In this document: positions 1-9,168 of the stretch, in pieces
Numbering within the stretch: the first letter of the stretch is position 1
Layout: every line of letters begins with the position of its first letter
Assembly (NCBI GenBank): GCA_011525805.1
Contig: WYBR01000013.1
Span: 64,768 to 128,767, forward strand
From: Vicinamibacteraceae bacterium
GTDB lineage: Bacteria > Planctomycetota > Phycisphaerae > Phycisphaerales > UBA5793
Direction of reading: 5' to 3'
Length of the DNA stretch: 64,000 nt
The notes under the pieces: generated by a model
What the model saw: the letters and a program-made list of their open reading frames with translations, nothing else
The model's database searches: none
Told to the model about the DNA's origin: nothing
Made by a program: the position numbers and the translations under genes

Positions 1-116
1 TCCTGTTCGGCGGTCAGCGGTCTGGGCGTGTTGTAGATGTCCGGCGGCAACTGCGCCCGGGATCCCGCCGCCGACGCCAGCAGCAGCAGCACGATAGTTG
101 TGATGATCTCGGGCAT
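1..116 (-). CDS. Partial CDS (N-terminus only, continues off the left edge); probable secreted protein
   Basis: ATG at 116-114 on the minus strand opens MPEIITTIVLLLLASAAGSRAQLPPDIYNTPRPLTAEQ..., a signal-peptide-like start. It is absent from the ORF track because the window edge truncates it. Confidence 0.35.
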   Translation of the reverse strand, partial: MPEIITTIVLLLLASAAGSRAQLPPDIYNTPRPLTAEQ

Positions 117-446
117 TCGTCGCCGTTGGACCTGCATGAATGGCCTCCCGAACGGGAAAGAAAGTAGCGTGCGAGCAAAGCGGCGAAGGCGAGCCCGCCT
201 CGCCCGGCAGGCCGGCGGAGCGCCCGCGCCCGACTCCATCCTCTCGCGGAATCGAACCTTACGCTACGATTGTCGCCCCATGTGGTCAAACCACTCATCC
301 CGGCGCTTGGATGGAATCCAGCCGTGGCGTTCGTTAGGATCGTCCCCGCCCGTGCAGGGCCAGGGCCATCGACGGACCGCGTCACTCTCTCGCTCCGAAT
401 CCGCCTCTCACGACCCCGATCTGCGACATCCGATGCAAGGAAAGAG

Positions 447-3050
447 ATGATCCGATCGCTCACTGGCGCGCTCCTCGTTTCGGTCGGCCTCGGCTTCGCC
501 GCCGGACCGGATCATCCCGGCCGCGTGTCGGCCGACGGGATCGCCAGTGTCTCCTCGTCGTGGAGCCGGCCGGAAGACCTCATCGCCCGTCGGTTGACGC
601 AGCACATCGGGCGATTCGCGCGGCCCGGCCCGGCCGAGGATCCACAGTCGGGCTACCGCGCGGCGACGGCGATTCTCCGCCGCGCCACCGCGCTCGCCCC
701 CGATGACGTCGAAGTGCATCGGCGCCTCGCAGCCGCTGCGGCGCTCGCCGGCGCGGAACCGCACGTGATCGCGCAGGCCGATCGAGACCTGCTCCGCCTC
801 GAGCCCGACCACGCCGCCGCGCAGTGGCGCATCATCCAGCGCGCCATCGAGGAACGCCAGAGCGTCGCCGAGAGGCTCGACCTCTGTCGTCGACTTCTCG
901 AATCGGACGCGGGCCGGCGCCTGGCGCGCGAAGTGCGCAGTCGCATCGCCTTCCGCGCCGCATCTCTGGCGCTGGAGCAGGACCGCACCTCGCTGGCGAC
1001 GTCGTGGCTCGAAGAGGCGCTGCGGCAGGATCCGACCAACCTCGATGCCGCCGCTTTGCTCGCGCTCGAGACCGACCGGCACACGGCGCGGCGCGAGGCG
1101 CTCGTGCGGGCCCTGATGGCGCTCGTGAAGGCCGATCCGCTCAACGAGGCGGCCCTGGCCGATCTCACCGCCGCCGTGCAGGAAGCGGGGTGCTTCGCCG
1201 GCGCGGCCGATCTCATCGAGGCGATGAGCGTGCTCGCCGCCCGCGCGGGAGCGAGCATCACCGACGACCTCTTTGCCGACTACGCCATGCTCCGCGCCGC
1301 CGAGAGCGGCCCGAGGACCGGCCTCGACCTCATCGCGCAGCGCCAGCAGGCTTTCGATCGCGCCGAGCGCCAGCGCCTTCAACGCGAGTGGTACGAGGCG
1401 CAGCAGGAGGCCCACCGTCTCGCGCTGGCCGAGAACCGCGCGGCGCCGCCCCTCGAAGAGATGCCGACCTTCGAGGATGCGCGCATCGATCTCTCGCTGC
1501 ACGTCCAGATCACCCGCGCGCTGCTCGCTCTCGCCGCCGACGATGCGGCCCAGGCCGCGGCCGCGCTCGCCGAACTCGAGCGCCGCTGGGAGCAGGCCAT
1601 CGCCGACCTCGACGCCGTGGATCGCGCCGAACTGCCCGCGACGGCGATCGCGGCGCTCGATGCGGACCGCCGCCGCGCCGTGGCGGACCGGGCGTGGATT
1701 CGACTCTGGCTCGGCCTCAACGTCGACGAAGCCGCCGCCGACCTCGCCTGGCTCGAGGCCGACGCCGCGCTCCCGGCTGCTGAACTCGAACGGCTTCGCG
1801 GCTGGCTCGCCCTGCGCCGCGCACAACCCCAGGCGGCAGTCGACGGCCTCCAGCCCCTCTCCGGCGACGACCCGCTTGCCATGCTCGGCGCGGCCCTCGC
1901 CCTCGAGCAACTCGACCGCGGAGCCGAGGCCGTGCGCCTTCTCGGCGAGATTCACCTCGCGCAGCCCGGCTCGCTGCTGGGAGTGTGGAGCCGGTGGCGC
2001 TGCGAGAGACTGACCGGTCGGCCCCTTGCTCCGCCACCTGACGCCCGCACCGTCGAGCGAGAACTCGGCCGCCTTCCGCAGACGCTCAGCGACCTCATCC
2101 TTCGGCCGCAGCGCCACTTCAGCCTCACGATCGCCCCGCGCGCCGCGCGCGTCGAGCCGCTCGACGCCATGCTGCTTGACGTCACCATCCGCAATGACAG
2201 CCCGTGGCCGGCCGCGATCGGCCCGGGGCGCATCATCCCCGGCCGCCTCGCCGTCTTCCCGATCTTTCACCTTGCCGGTCGGCGGATTCAGACCGGCACG
2301 CCGCCGCTCACCGTGGAACTCTCCCGCCGCATGATGCTCCTGCCCTCGGAGTCGATGACGACGACGATCGCCCTCGACCACACGCTCCTGGGCCTTCTCA
2401 TTCCCGGCCTGGCGCTTCGCCCCCTCTCGCTGGAGTTTCAGGCGATGCTCGACTACGTCGTTCAGTCCGACGGATCGATCCAGCCGCGGCCCTGGAGCCT
2501 CGTCCGCCAGTCCTCGGCGATGCAGGTTCAACCCTGGCGCGAATCGCTCGAACCCTCCGGCCGACTTGCCGACGCCCGCTTCGCCGCCGGCGACGTTCAC
2601 GAATCCATGCGCGCCATCTCAGAGATCGGCGCCATCCTGCACGGACGCCTGACGCGCACGCTCGATCCGCAGCGCGACGCGGCGCTCATCGCCGAGGCCG
2701 AGGCGGAACTTGGCGCCCTCATCGAACGCTGGCCGAGCCTCGATCCCTCCGTCGCCGCCTGGGCGGTGCTCACCCTGCCCTTCCAGAAAGAGGGCATCGC
2801 GCAGCGAATCGACTCCCTCGACCGCTTCGAGGACGCGGCGCGGCGATCGACCGACCCGCTCGTGCAGACGGCGTGGATCGCGGCGCGCACCAGCCGGGCC
2901 AACGACGTCGTCATCGAAAGCGCCTTGCGAAGCGACGATCCCGATCTGCGCGCACTCGCCGCCCACGCCCGGGCCTACCTCCAGCAGCCGCCGCCGGCCG
3001 ATTCGCCCGCTCTCCCCACCGAAACTCCCGCGCCCGAACCGCAGAAGTGA
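447..3050 (+). CDS. Large TPR-like / alpha-helical repeat protein with N-terminal signal or anchor
   Basis: Track ORF 270..3050. I prefer the in-frame ATG at 447 (MIRSLTGALLVSVGLGFAAG, hydrophobic signal) preceded by aaggaaagag. The body is Ala/Leu/Arg-rich with TPR-like stretches (e.g. WLEEALRQDPTNLDAAALLA). No catalytic motif recognised. Confidence 0.6.
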   Translation: MIRSLTGALLVSVGLGFAAGPDHPGRVSADGIASVSSSWSRPEDLIARRLTQHIGRFARPGPAEDPQSGYRAATAILRRATALAPDDVEVHRRLAAAAALAGAEPHVIAQADRDLLRLEPDHAAAQWRIIQRAIEERQSVAERLDLCRRLLESDAGRRLAREVRSRIAFRAASLALEQDRTSLATSWLEEALRQDPTNLDAAALLALETDRHTARREALVRALMALVKADPLNEAALADLTAAVQEAGCFAGAADLIEAMSVLAARAGASITDDLFADYAMLRAAESGPRTGLDLIAQRQQAFDRAERQRLQREWYEAQQEAHRLALAENRAAPPLEEMPTFEDARIDLSLHVQITRALLALAADDAAQAAAALAELERRWEQAIADLDAVDRAELPATAIAALDADRRRAVADRAWIRLWLGLNVDEAAADLAWLEADAALPAAELERLRGWLALRRAQPQAAVDGLQPLSGDDPLAMLGAALALEQLDRGAEAVRLLGEIHLAQPGSLLGVWSRWRCERLTGRPLAPPPDARTVERELGRLPQTLSDLILRPQRHFSLTIAPRAARVEPLDAMLLDVTIRNDSPWPAAIGPGRIIPGRLAVFPIFHLAGRRIQTGTPPLTVELSRRMMLLPSESMTTTIALDHTLLGLLIPGLALRPLSLEFQAMLDYVVQSDGSIQPRPWSLVRQSSAMQVQPWRESLEPSGRLADARFAAGDVHESMRAISEIGAILHGRLTRTLDPQRDAALIAEAEAELGALIERWPSLDPSVAAWAVLTLPFQKEGIAQRIDSLDRFEDAARRSTDPLVQTAWIAARTSRANDVVIESALRSDDPDLRALAAHARAYLQQPPPADSPALPTETPAPEPQK

Positions 3051-3062
3051 ACCTCCGCCGTT

Positions 3063-3659
3063 TCATCGTTCAAGCAGGTCGATCGTCGGCGCCGCTCCCA
3101 GGCCCCACTTCTCCCAGATGATCTCGCTGATGCGCCACGCGCGGTCGGCGCCACGAACCCACCGGAACCGCCATTCGTTGGGGGTCGGCGTGCCGAGATG
3201 GGTCGTGGTGGTCTGCGCCAGGATCGACTCGCCCCGGTCCGGCCCCGTCTTCGCCCCCGCCGCTTGGCGCACGTGGTTGGACCGGATGAGTTCCGGGAGG
3301 ACGGACACGCGCTCGACCAGGTCGCCCTTGTCGAGGCGCGAGCGGCTGCTCCCCACGATCACGACCAGATCATCGTCGAGCACTCGTGCGACGTGCTCGG
3401 CGTTTCCTGCGGCCGCCGCCTCGACGAGCGATCGCGTCTCGCGCGTCAGCCTCTCGCCCGTGGTCTCGACGAGAGCGGCGAGGGCCAGCAGGGCCGCCGC
3501 AGCCCCGAGCAGCCCCGCCGCCGCCAGGATCGACTGCTTCGGAAAACGGTAACGGAGCGCAAACCACGTGATGATCGCCGCGAGAACCAGCAGCGCCACG
3601 GGAAACCGCGGCGTCTCCAGCGTGAAGACCACAAACGGCGACGCGGCGGGCAGGTCCAC
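3063..3659 (-). CDS. Hypothetical membrane-anchored protein
   Basis: 198-aa ORF. It has two N-terminal hydrophobic helices (FPVALLVLAAIITWFAL; AAAGLLGAAAALLALAAL) followed by a soluble domain. It is divergent from the Maf-like gene. No family recognised. Confidence 0.5.
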   Translation of the reverse strand: MDLPAASPFVVFTLETPRFPVALLVLAAIITWFALRYRFPKQSILAAAGLLGAAAALLALAALVETTGERLTRETRSLVEAAAAGNAEHVARVLDDDLVVIVGSSRSRLDKGDLVERVSVLPELIRSNHVRQAAGAKTGPDRGESILAQTTTTHLGTPTPNEWRFRWVRGADRAWRISEIIWEKWGLGAAPTIDLLER

Positions 3660-3749
3660 TGTTCAAGTCCCCCTTTGCGTGCTTCCGATAATACCCAAGT
3701 CGGTTCCATCCTGTTCCATTGACAGCACGCGAGCGGAGCGGGCAGCGGC

Positions 3750-6700
3750 GTGAGCACATCGATCCTCGAAGCCAACCTCCGCGCCCTCGGCCCGCACAAC
3801 ACTCGCCTTGCCCAGCGCCTTCGCTCGGCCCGCCCCCGCCCCGATTGTGCCTTCGCACCGACGCCGCAGGAGGTTCCCTCTCTCTCGCTCGCCGGCTCGC
3901 AGTTGTGCAGCCGGCACAAGCCCCTCGACGAGGCCGACCGATTCGTCGCCGGCATTGATGTCATCGAGCACGCCGCGATCGTCATCCTCGGCTTCGCCGC
4001 CGGATATCACGTTCAGCGCCTCGCCCAGCGCCTGCGCAAGTCGAGCCTCATCATCGTCTACGAGCCCGACCTCGCCCTCCTCCGCGCCGTCTTCGAGCGC
4101 ATCGACCACTCGAAGTGGATGGCCGAGACGAATCTCGTCATCGTCGATGAGGCCGAGGACACCGCAGAGATGTCCGTGCAACTCGCCGGCGCCGAGGGCA
4201 TCGTCGCGCAGGGCACCACCATCGCCGTCCACCTCCCTAGCCGCGCCCGCCTCGGCGAGGGCGCGGCCCGTTTCGCCACCGCCTTCGCCAACCTCGTCAA
4301 GTCGATGCGCACGACGATGCTCACCACGCTCGTCCACGCCGGCACGACCTGCCGCAACCTCTGCCTCAACCTCGATCATTACGCCGCCGGCGAAGGCATC
4401 GAGCCCCTGCGCAATCTCGCGCGGGGCCGCACAGCCCTGCTCATCGCCGCCGGCCCCAGCCTCGCCCGCCACTACGACCTCCTCACCGAGCCGTCGCTGC
4501 GCGAGCGCCTCGTCCTCATCGCCGTCCAGACTTGCCTGCGGCCGCTGCTGAGGCGAGGCATCCGGCCCCACTTCGTCACCGCGCTCGACTACCACGAGAT
4601 CAGCCGCAACTTCTACGACGATCTCGACCCCCAGGACCTGCGCGACATCACTCTCGTGTGCGAGCCGAAGGTCAATCGCGCCGTCGTCGAGGCCTATCCC
4701 GGCCCGGTGCGCTGCGTCGGCAGTTCCTTCCTTGATCGCCTCCTCGGCCCGCTGCGGCGCGACATGGGAACCGTGCCCGCAGGCTCGACCGTTGCCCACC
4801 TCAGTTTCTATCTCGCTCAGTTCCTCGGCTGCGACCCCATTGTCCTCGTCGGGCAGGACCTCGGCTTCACCGACGGCCTCTACTACGGCCCCGGCGCCGC
4901 CATTCACGACCAGTGGGCCGCCGAACTCAACGCCTTCAACACCATCGACATGATGGAGTGGTCGCGCGTCGCGCGCATGAAGCGCCACCTCCGGCACGCC
5001 GCGGCCCAGGACGGCTCGCCAATGCTCGTCGATGAGCAGATGGCGACCTATCTCAGTCAGTTTGAGCGCGACTTCTCCACCGCCCCTCAGACGATCATCG
5101 ACGCTCAGGGCGGAGGCGTCGCCAAGCGCCACACTACGGTCCGACCGCTCGAGGCGGTCATCGCCGACGCCCTCGCCGACCCCGCCCCCCTCCCCCGCTT
5201 CCCGACGAACCGCGCGCGCCTCGACCAGCGCCGCCTCACCGCCGCCATGCGCCAGATCGCGTCCGTCCGCGACGAGATTGAGCGGCTCCGCGCGGCGAGC
5301 GAGGCCACCACCGCCGTCATCGCGGCGATGCTCGAACAACAGCACAACGCCGCCGCCATGGACCGCCACTTCCGGCAGATCCACGAGAAGCAGCGCGAGG
5401 TCGCCCGCCTTGGCCGCGCCCAGGAGATCGTCAACCTCGTCAACCAACTCGGCGTCTTCAAACGCATCAAGGCCGATCGCCGACTCGAACTGCTCGACTC
5501 CCTCACCCCTTTGGAACGCCAGCGCGAAGAACTCCTCCGCGACCGCACGAACCTCGATTGGCTCGCCCAGGCCTGCGCCGAGACGACGGAGATCCTCACC
5601 GAGTCGATGTCGGTGCTGCGCGGCGAGGCGGTCAATCCGCGCATCACCCACGCCCGACCCTCCGCCGCGATCGAGGCCGGTCTTGATGGGCCGTGCGATC
5701 AGCCGCCGCGCTCCCGCCGCGTCGCCGCCCTCGTCGCCTGCGATCCGCTGCGCGGCGGCCTCCTTCAGCGGCGCGACCTCGCGGCCGACCTCGCTGGCCG
5801 CACGCTCCTGCAGCGCACCCTCGAACGCCTCGGCCGCTGCCGGAAGATCGACACGATCATCCTCCTCGCGCCCGACGGATTCGATGCTGCCTCGCTCCTG
5901 GACGTGGCCCGCATCGATCGACCCGTTGTCGTTCATCACGTCGCCGAGCCGATCTTCGACGCCGCGCACAAGCCCATCGCCGCCGCGCGAATGTGGAGCG
6001 ACTGGTGCTGGCGCGGCGGCATCGGCGGCATGACCGTCTTCGACGAGATCGTCGCGCCGCGCCACATGGCCGCCGCCATGGACCGGTTCAACCTCGACGC
6101 CGCGCTGATCGTCGGTCCCGACTGGCCCCTGCTCGACTTCACCGACGCCACCGGTTGCGACGCGCTCATCGCGCGCTACCTCGAGCAGCCGAACTCGCAT
6201 CGCCTCGTCTTCTCCCAGGCCCCGCCCGGCCTGTGCGGAGTCGTCATCGAGCGCAGCCTCATGCGCGAGATGGCCTCGCGGGCGCGCCAGTTCACCCTCG
6301 GCTCCATGCTCTCTTACATTCCCAGCCTGCCGCAACTCGATCCGACGAGTAAAGACGCCTGTATTAAGTTGCCCACGGCCATCCGCAGCACTCTGGGCCG
6401 CTTCATCGCTGACAGCCCGTCCCGCCTTGCTGCCCTGCGCTCGATGTTCTCCGAATCCGGCGAGGCGCTCTTCGACCTCGCGGGAGAATCGCTGGTCGCG
6501 ACGGCCGCCCGGCACTTCAATCGGTCCGACGCCGCCGACCTCCTGCCGCGACAGATCGAGATTGAACTGACCACGCGCCGCACGACCCGGCCCTTCTGGC
6601 GGCAGCCGCCCATGGACGCCTTCGACCTGCCGCTCGACGCCGCGCAGAGCGTCATCGATCAGTGCGCGTCGCGGAGCGACATCGCCCTGACCTTCGGCGG

Positions 6701-7370
6701 CCGCGGCGATCCCCTTCTTCATCCACATTTCGCCGCCATCGCCCGACATGCGAGCGAACAAGGCTGTACCGCAATTCACGTCCGCACCGATCTGCCAGAG
6801 TCCTTTGGACCGGCTGCTGACCTTCTCGACCTGCCGCTCGATGTAATCTCAATCGAACTGCACGGAGAATGCGCCGACTCTTATCGAGACATCATGGGGG
6901 TTGATGGCTTCGACTCCCTTCGCGGACAGGTCGACGCCCTCCTCAACGCCCGCACTCAGCGCGCCGGCGACCCCAATGCCCTCGCCCTGCCCTGGATCGT
7001 TCCGCGACTCTGCCGCTGCCGCGCCTCGCTCGATGACCTTCGGAACTTCTGCGACCGCTGGCTCCATTATGCCGGCGCCGTAATGATCGATTCGATTCCC
7101 GCGACCTGTGAATGTAACGAAGACGTTATCCGCGTCGCGCCGCCGCTTGCGGCTTCGCGATTCCAGGCCCGCCAGACGCTCCAAGTTCACGCCGACGGCG
7201 TCGCCTTCGCCGCCGCCACCACCTGGGACCGGGATCGTGCTCCCCGCGTCGAGAGCCTTGCCGACTCGCCCCTCTCTCAACTCTGGCCTTTGCTCCGCGA
7301 ATCTTATAACGAGGCGACCGACTCGCTCGGTGAGCAACCAACGTTACTCCTGCAACTCGACCCCGCCTGA
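3750..7370 (+). CDS. Maf/DUF115 (MptE-like) protein fused to a nucleotidyltransferase-like domain and a cysteine-less radical-SAM-like domain
   Basis: GTG start. aa ~200-400 carry DUF115 / motility-accessory-factor signatures (LLIAAGPSL, HFVTALDYH, GSTVAHLSFYLAQFLGCDPIVLVGQDLGF). aa ~650-880 resemble an SpsF/NeuA-type nucleotidyltransferase (VAALVACDP...LAGRTLLQRTLERLGRCRKIDTIILLAPDG). aa ~960-1130 resemble a radical-SAM core (IEIELTTRRTTRP...LTFGGRGDPLLHPHF) but lack the CxxxCxxC motif. Confidence 0.75.
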   Translation: MSTSILEANLRALGPHNTRLAQRLRSARPRPDCAFAPTPQEVPSLSLAGSQLCSRHKPLDEADRFVAGIDVIEHAAIVILGFAAGYHVQRLAQRLRKSSLIIVYEPDLALLRAVFERIDHSKWMAETNLVIVDEAEDTAEMSVQLAGAEGIVAQGTTIAVHLPSRARLGEGAARFATAFANLVKSMRTTMLTTLVHAGTTCRNLCLNLDHYAAGEGIEPLRNLARGRTALLIAAGPSLARHYDLLTEPSLRERLVLIAVQTCLRPLLRRGIRPHFVTALDYHEISRNFYDDLDPQDLRDITLVCEPKVNRAVVEAYPGPVRCVGSSFLDRLLGPLRRDMGTVPAGSTVAHLSFYLAQFLGCDPIVLVGQDLGFTDGLYYGPGAAIHDQWAAELNAFNTIDMMEWSRVARMKRHLRHAAAQDGSPMLVDEQMATYLSQFERDFSTAPQTIIDAQGGGVAKRHTTVRPLEAVIADALADPAPLPRFPTNRARLDQRRLTAAMRQIASVRDEIERLRAASEATTAVIAAMLEQQHNAAAMDRHFRQIHEKQREVARLGRAQEIVNLVNQLGVFKRIKADRRLELLDSLTPLERQREELLRDRTNLDWLAQACAETTEILTESMSVLRGEAVNPRITHARPSAAIEAGLDGPCDQPPRSRRVAALVACDPLRGGLLQRRDLAADLAGRTLLQRTLERLGRCRKIDTIILLAPDGFDAASLLDVARIDRPVVVHHVAEPIFDAAHKPIAAARMWSDWCWRGGIGGMTVFDEIVAPRHMAAAMDRFNLDAALIVGPDWPLLDFTDATGCDALIARYLEQPNSHRLVFSQAPPGLCGVVIERSLMREMASRARQFTLGSMLSYIPSLPQLDPTSKDACIKLPTAIRSTLGRFIADSPSRLAALRSMFSESGEALFDLAGESLVATAARHFNRSDAADLLPRQIEIELTTRRTTRPFWRQPPMDAFDLPLDAAQSVIDQCASRSDIALTFGGRGDPLLHPHFAAIARHASEQGCTAIHVRTDLPESFGPAADLLDLPLDVISIELHGECADSYRDIMGVDGFDSLRGQVDALLNARTQRAGDPNALALPWIVPRLCRCRASLDDLRNFCDRWLHYAGAVMIDSIPATCECNEDVIRVAPPLAASRFQARQTLQVHADGVAFAAATTWDRDRAPRVESLADSPLSQLWPLLRESYNEATDSLGEQPTLLLQLDPA

Positions 7371-7385
7371 GATCTCTTCCCCACC

Positions 7386-8135
7386 GTGACCCGCTCTCTT
7401 TCCCATTCTCCTCCGCACGCCACGGCCGTGATCCTTGCTCGCGCCGGCAGCAAGGGCCTGCCCGGCAAGAATGCAATGCTCCTCGCCGGCCGGCCCATGG
7501 TGGCGCACACCATCGCCCACGCGCGTCATGCCTCACTCATTACCCGAGTTCTGGTCTCAACCGACTGCCCCTGCGTTCGCCGCGCCGCCGAGGACGAAGG
7601 CGTCGAAGTAATAGACCGCCCTTCCGAACTTGCCGGCGACACTGCGACCGTTGACGCAGCCGCCCGCCACGCCCTGACCGACGACGCCGCGCCTATCGCC
7701 GTCCTGCTCTACGCCAACGCCCCCATTCGTCCGCCCGGCCTCATCGACCGCGCCGTGCGCACACTCATCGAGACCGGCGCGGACTCGGTGCAAAGTTATG
7801 CGCCCGTCGGCAAGTATCACCCCTTCTGGGAAGTTACCATCGACGGCGCTGGCCGCGTCGCTCCCTTCGTTCCCAACACCATCTATCGCCGCCAGGACCT
7901 TCCGCCCGTTTATGTTCCGGATGGCGGCGTCATCGCCGTGCGACGTGAGTCGCTCTACGATGTTGTTGAAGGTCAGCCGCACGCCTTTCTCGGGCGCGAT
8001 CGTCGAGGTATTCTCAACGAAGCCGGAGCCGTTGTCGATATTGATACACGCCAAGACTTCCTGATGGCTCAACTCATCCTGTCTGAAGGCGCCGGAGCCC
8101 TTTCCGCGATGGCGGATTCCCATGCGCGTCGGTAA
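7386..8135 (+). CDS. neuA: Acylneuraminate (nonulosonate) cytidylyltransferase
   Basis: GTG start. Carries the AVILARAGSKGLPGKN nucleotide-binding motif typical of CMP-NeuAc/CMP-KDO synthetase-type enzymes. 249 aa. Overlaps neuB by 14 nt. Confidence 0.85.
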   Translation: MTRSLSHSPPHATAVILARAGSKGLPGKNAMLLAGRPMVAHTIAHARHASLITRVLVSTDCPCVRRAAEDEGVEVIDRPSELAGDTATVDAAARHALTDDAAPIAVLLYANAPIRPPGLIDRAVRTLIETGADSVQSYAPVGKYHPFWEVTIDGAGRVAPFVPNTIYRRQDLPPVYVPDGGVIAVRRESLYDVVEGQPHAFLGRDRRGILNEAGAVVDIDTRQDFLMAQLILSEGAGALSAMADSHARR

Positions 8136-9168
8136 CCGCTTCATCGGACCGGAGCACCCACCTTACATCATCGCCGAGATCGGCGTGAACCACGACGGCT
8201 CCACCCAGCGGGCGCTGGAACTCGTGGAGGCGGCGAAGCACTCCGGCGCAAACGCCGTGAAAGTGCAGTACTTCGAGGCCACGGACCTCATGAGTCGCGC
8301 CTGCCGCCTTGCCGCCTACCAGGCCGCCGCGGGCGAAACCGACCCCGTTGAGATGCTCGCCGGCCTGCAACTCAACCGCGACGCCATGGCTGAAGTTGTC
8401 CGCTACGCGCACTCTCTCGATCTGCACGCCATTGTAACCATCTTCTCCATCGAGCACGCGTCCCTTGCGATCGATCTGGACTGGGATGCGCTCAAAGTCG
8501 CCTCCCCCGATATTATCAACACTCCGCTGCTGAACTTCCTCGCCGCCGCCGGCAAGCCGATGATTCTCAGCACGGGCGCCGCCGACGCCGGCGAAATCGC
8601 CCGCGCCCTGCGCCTTTGCGGCGATGTCGCGCTCCATTGCGTGAGCGCCTATCCGACGCCCGAGGACTGCGCTCAGATTGCCGGCATTCCCGCCCTTGCG
8701 GACCTGATAGGCACCTTGCACCTCAATCGCTCCGTCCTCGTCGGCTACTCCGACCACACATCTTCGCACGACACCGGCGCCCTTGCGGTCGTCGCCGGCG
8801 CGTGCGTTTTCGAGAAGCACCTGACCTGGAGCCGCAGCGCCAAGGGCCCGGATCACGCCGCGTCCCTCGATCCCGCACTCTTTGCGCGCTACGTCCAGCA
8901 GGCGCATCGGGCGTGGTCGATGCTCGGCCCGCGCCGCGTGATCGTGCAGGAAATTGAACAGGACGTGCGCACCGTCAGCCGCCAGAGCATCACATCGACC
9001 CGCGACCTGGCCACCGGTGAGACGCTCACGCGCGAAGACCTCACGATCAAACGCCCAGGTACTGGATTGCTGCCCGCCTTACTCGACGCCCTGCCCGGTC
9101 GCAGACTCGCCCGCGACGTGCCTGCCGACACACCCCTCACTTCTGCCGACGTCGAAGGCGGCGCGTAA
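8122..9168 (+). CDS. neuB: N-acetylneuraminate (nonulosonate) synthase with C-terminal SAF domain
   Basis: Carries the IIAEIGVNHDGS...ALELVEAAKHSGANAVKVQ motif of NeuB/PseI/LegI synthases. The C-terminal SAF-like segment reads ITSTRDLATGETLTREDLTIKRPGTG. The stop overlaps the neuC ATG (TAATG). Confidence 0.9.
   Translation: MRVGNRFIGPEHPPYIIAEIGVNHDGSTQRALELVEAAKHSGANAVKVQYFEATDLMSRACRLAAYQAAAGETDPVEMLAGLQLNRDAMAEVVRYAHSLDLHAIVTIFSIEHASLAIDLDWDALKVASPDIINTPLLNFLAAAGKPMILSTGAADAGEIARALRLCGDVALHCVSAYPTPEDCAQIAGIPALADLIGTLHLNRSVLVGYSDHTSSHDTGALAVVAGACVFEKHLTWSRSAKGPDHAASLDPALFARYVQQAHRAWSMLGPRRVIVQEIEQDVRTVSRQSITSTRDLATGETLTREDLTIKRPGTGLLPALLDALPGRRLARDVPADTPLTSADVEGGA

Noticed and set aside
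236-320. tRNA-like fragment (GGTTCGATTCC T-loop-like sequence on the minus strand, flanked by CCATCC/GGATGG)
   Set aside because: The T stem does not pair (TAAGG versus CCGCG) and no D arm or anticodon arm can be drawn. At most it is a decayed tRNA 3' remnant, so it is not called.
408-2600. 730-aa minus-strand ORF
   Set aside because: Antisense to the TPR-like gene. Gly/Arg/Glu-rich low complexity. The plus-strand frame has a signal peptide and helical-repeat composition. Neither frame has a strong homology anchor, so this choice is less certain than the others.
3660-3749. TTGACA at ~3719 as a promoter -35 box for the Maf-like gene
   Set aside because: No acceptable -10 element follows at the right spacing, and planctomycete promoter consensus is poorly defined. 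It is not reported as a feature.
3663-6779. 1038-aa ORF on the minus strand, the longest of its kind
   Set aside because: It lies entirely antisense to the Maf-like gene, which has clear family motifs. Its translation is Gly/Arg/Ala/Asp/Glu-rich with no recognisable motif. Long stop-free antisense frames are expected at this GC content.
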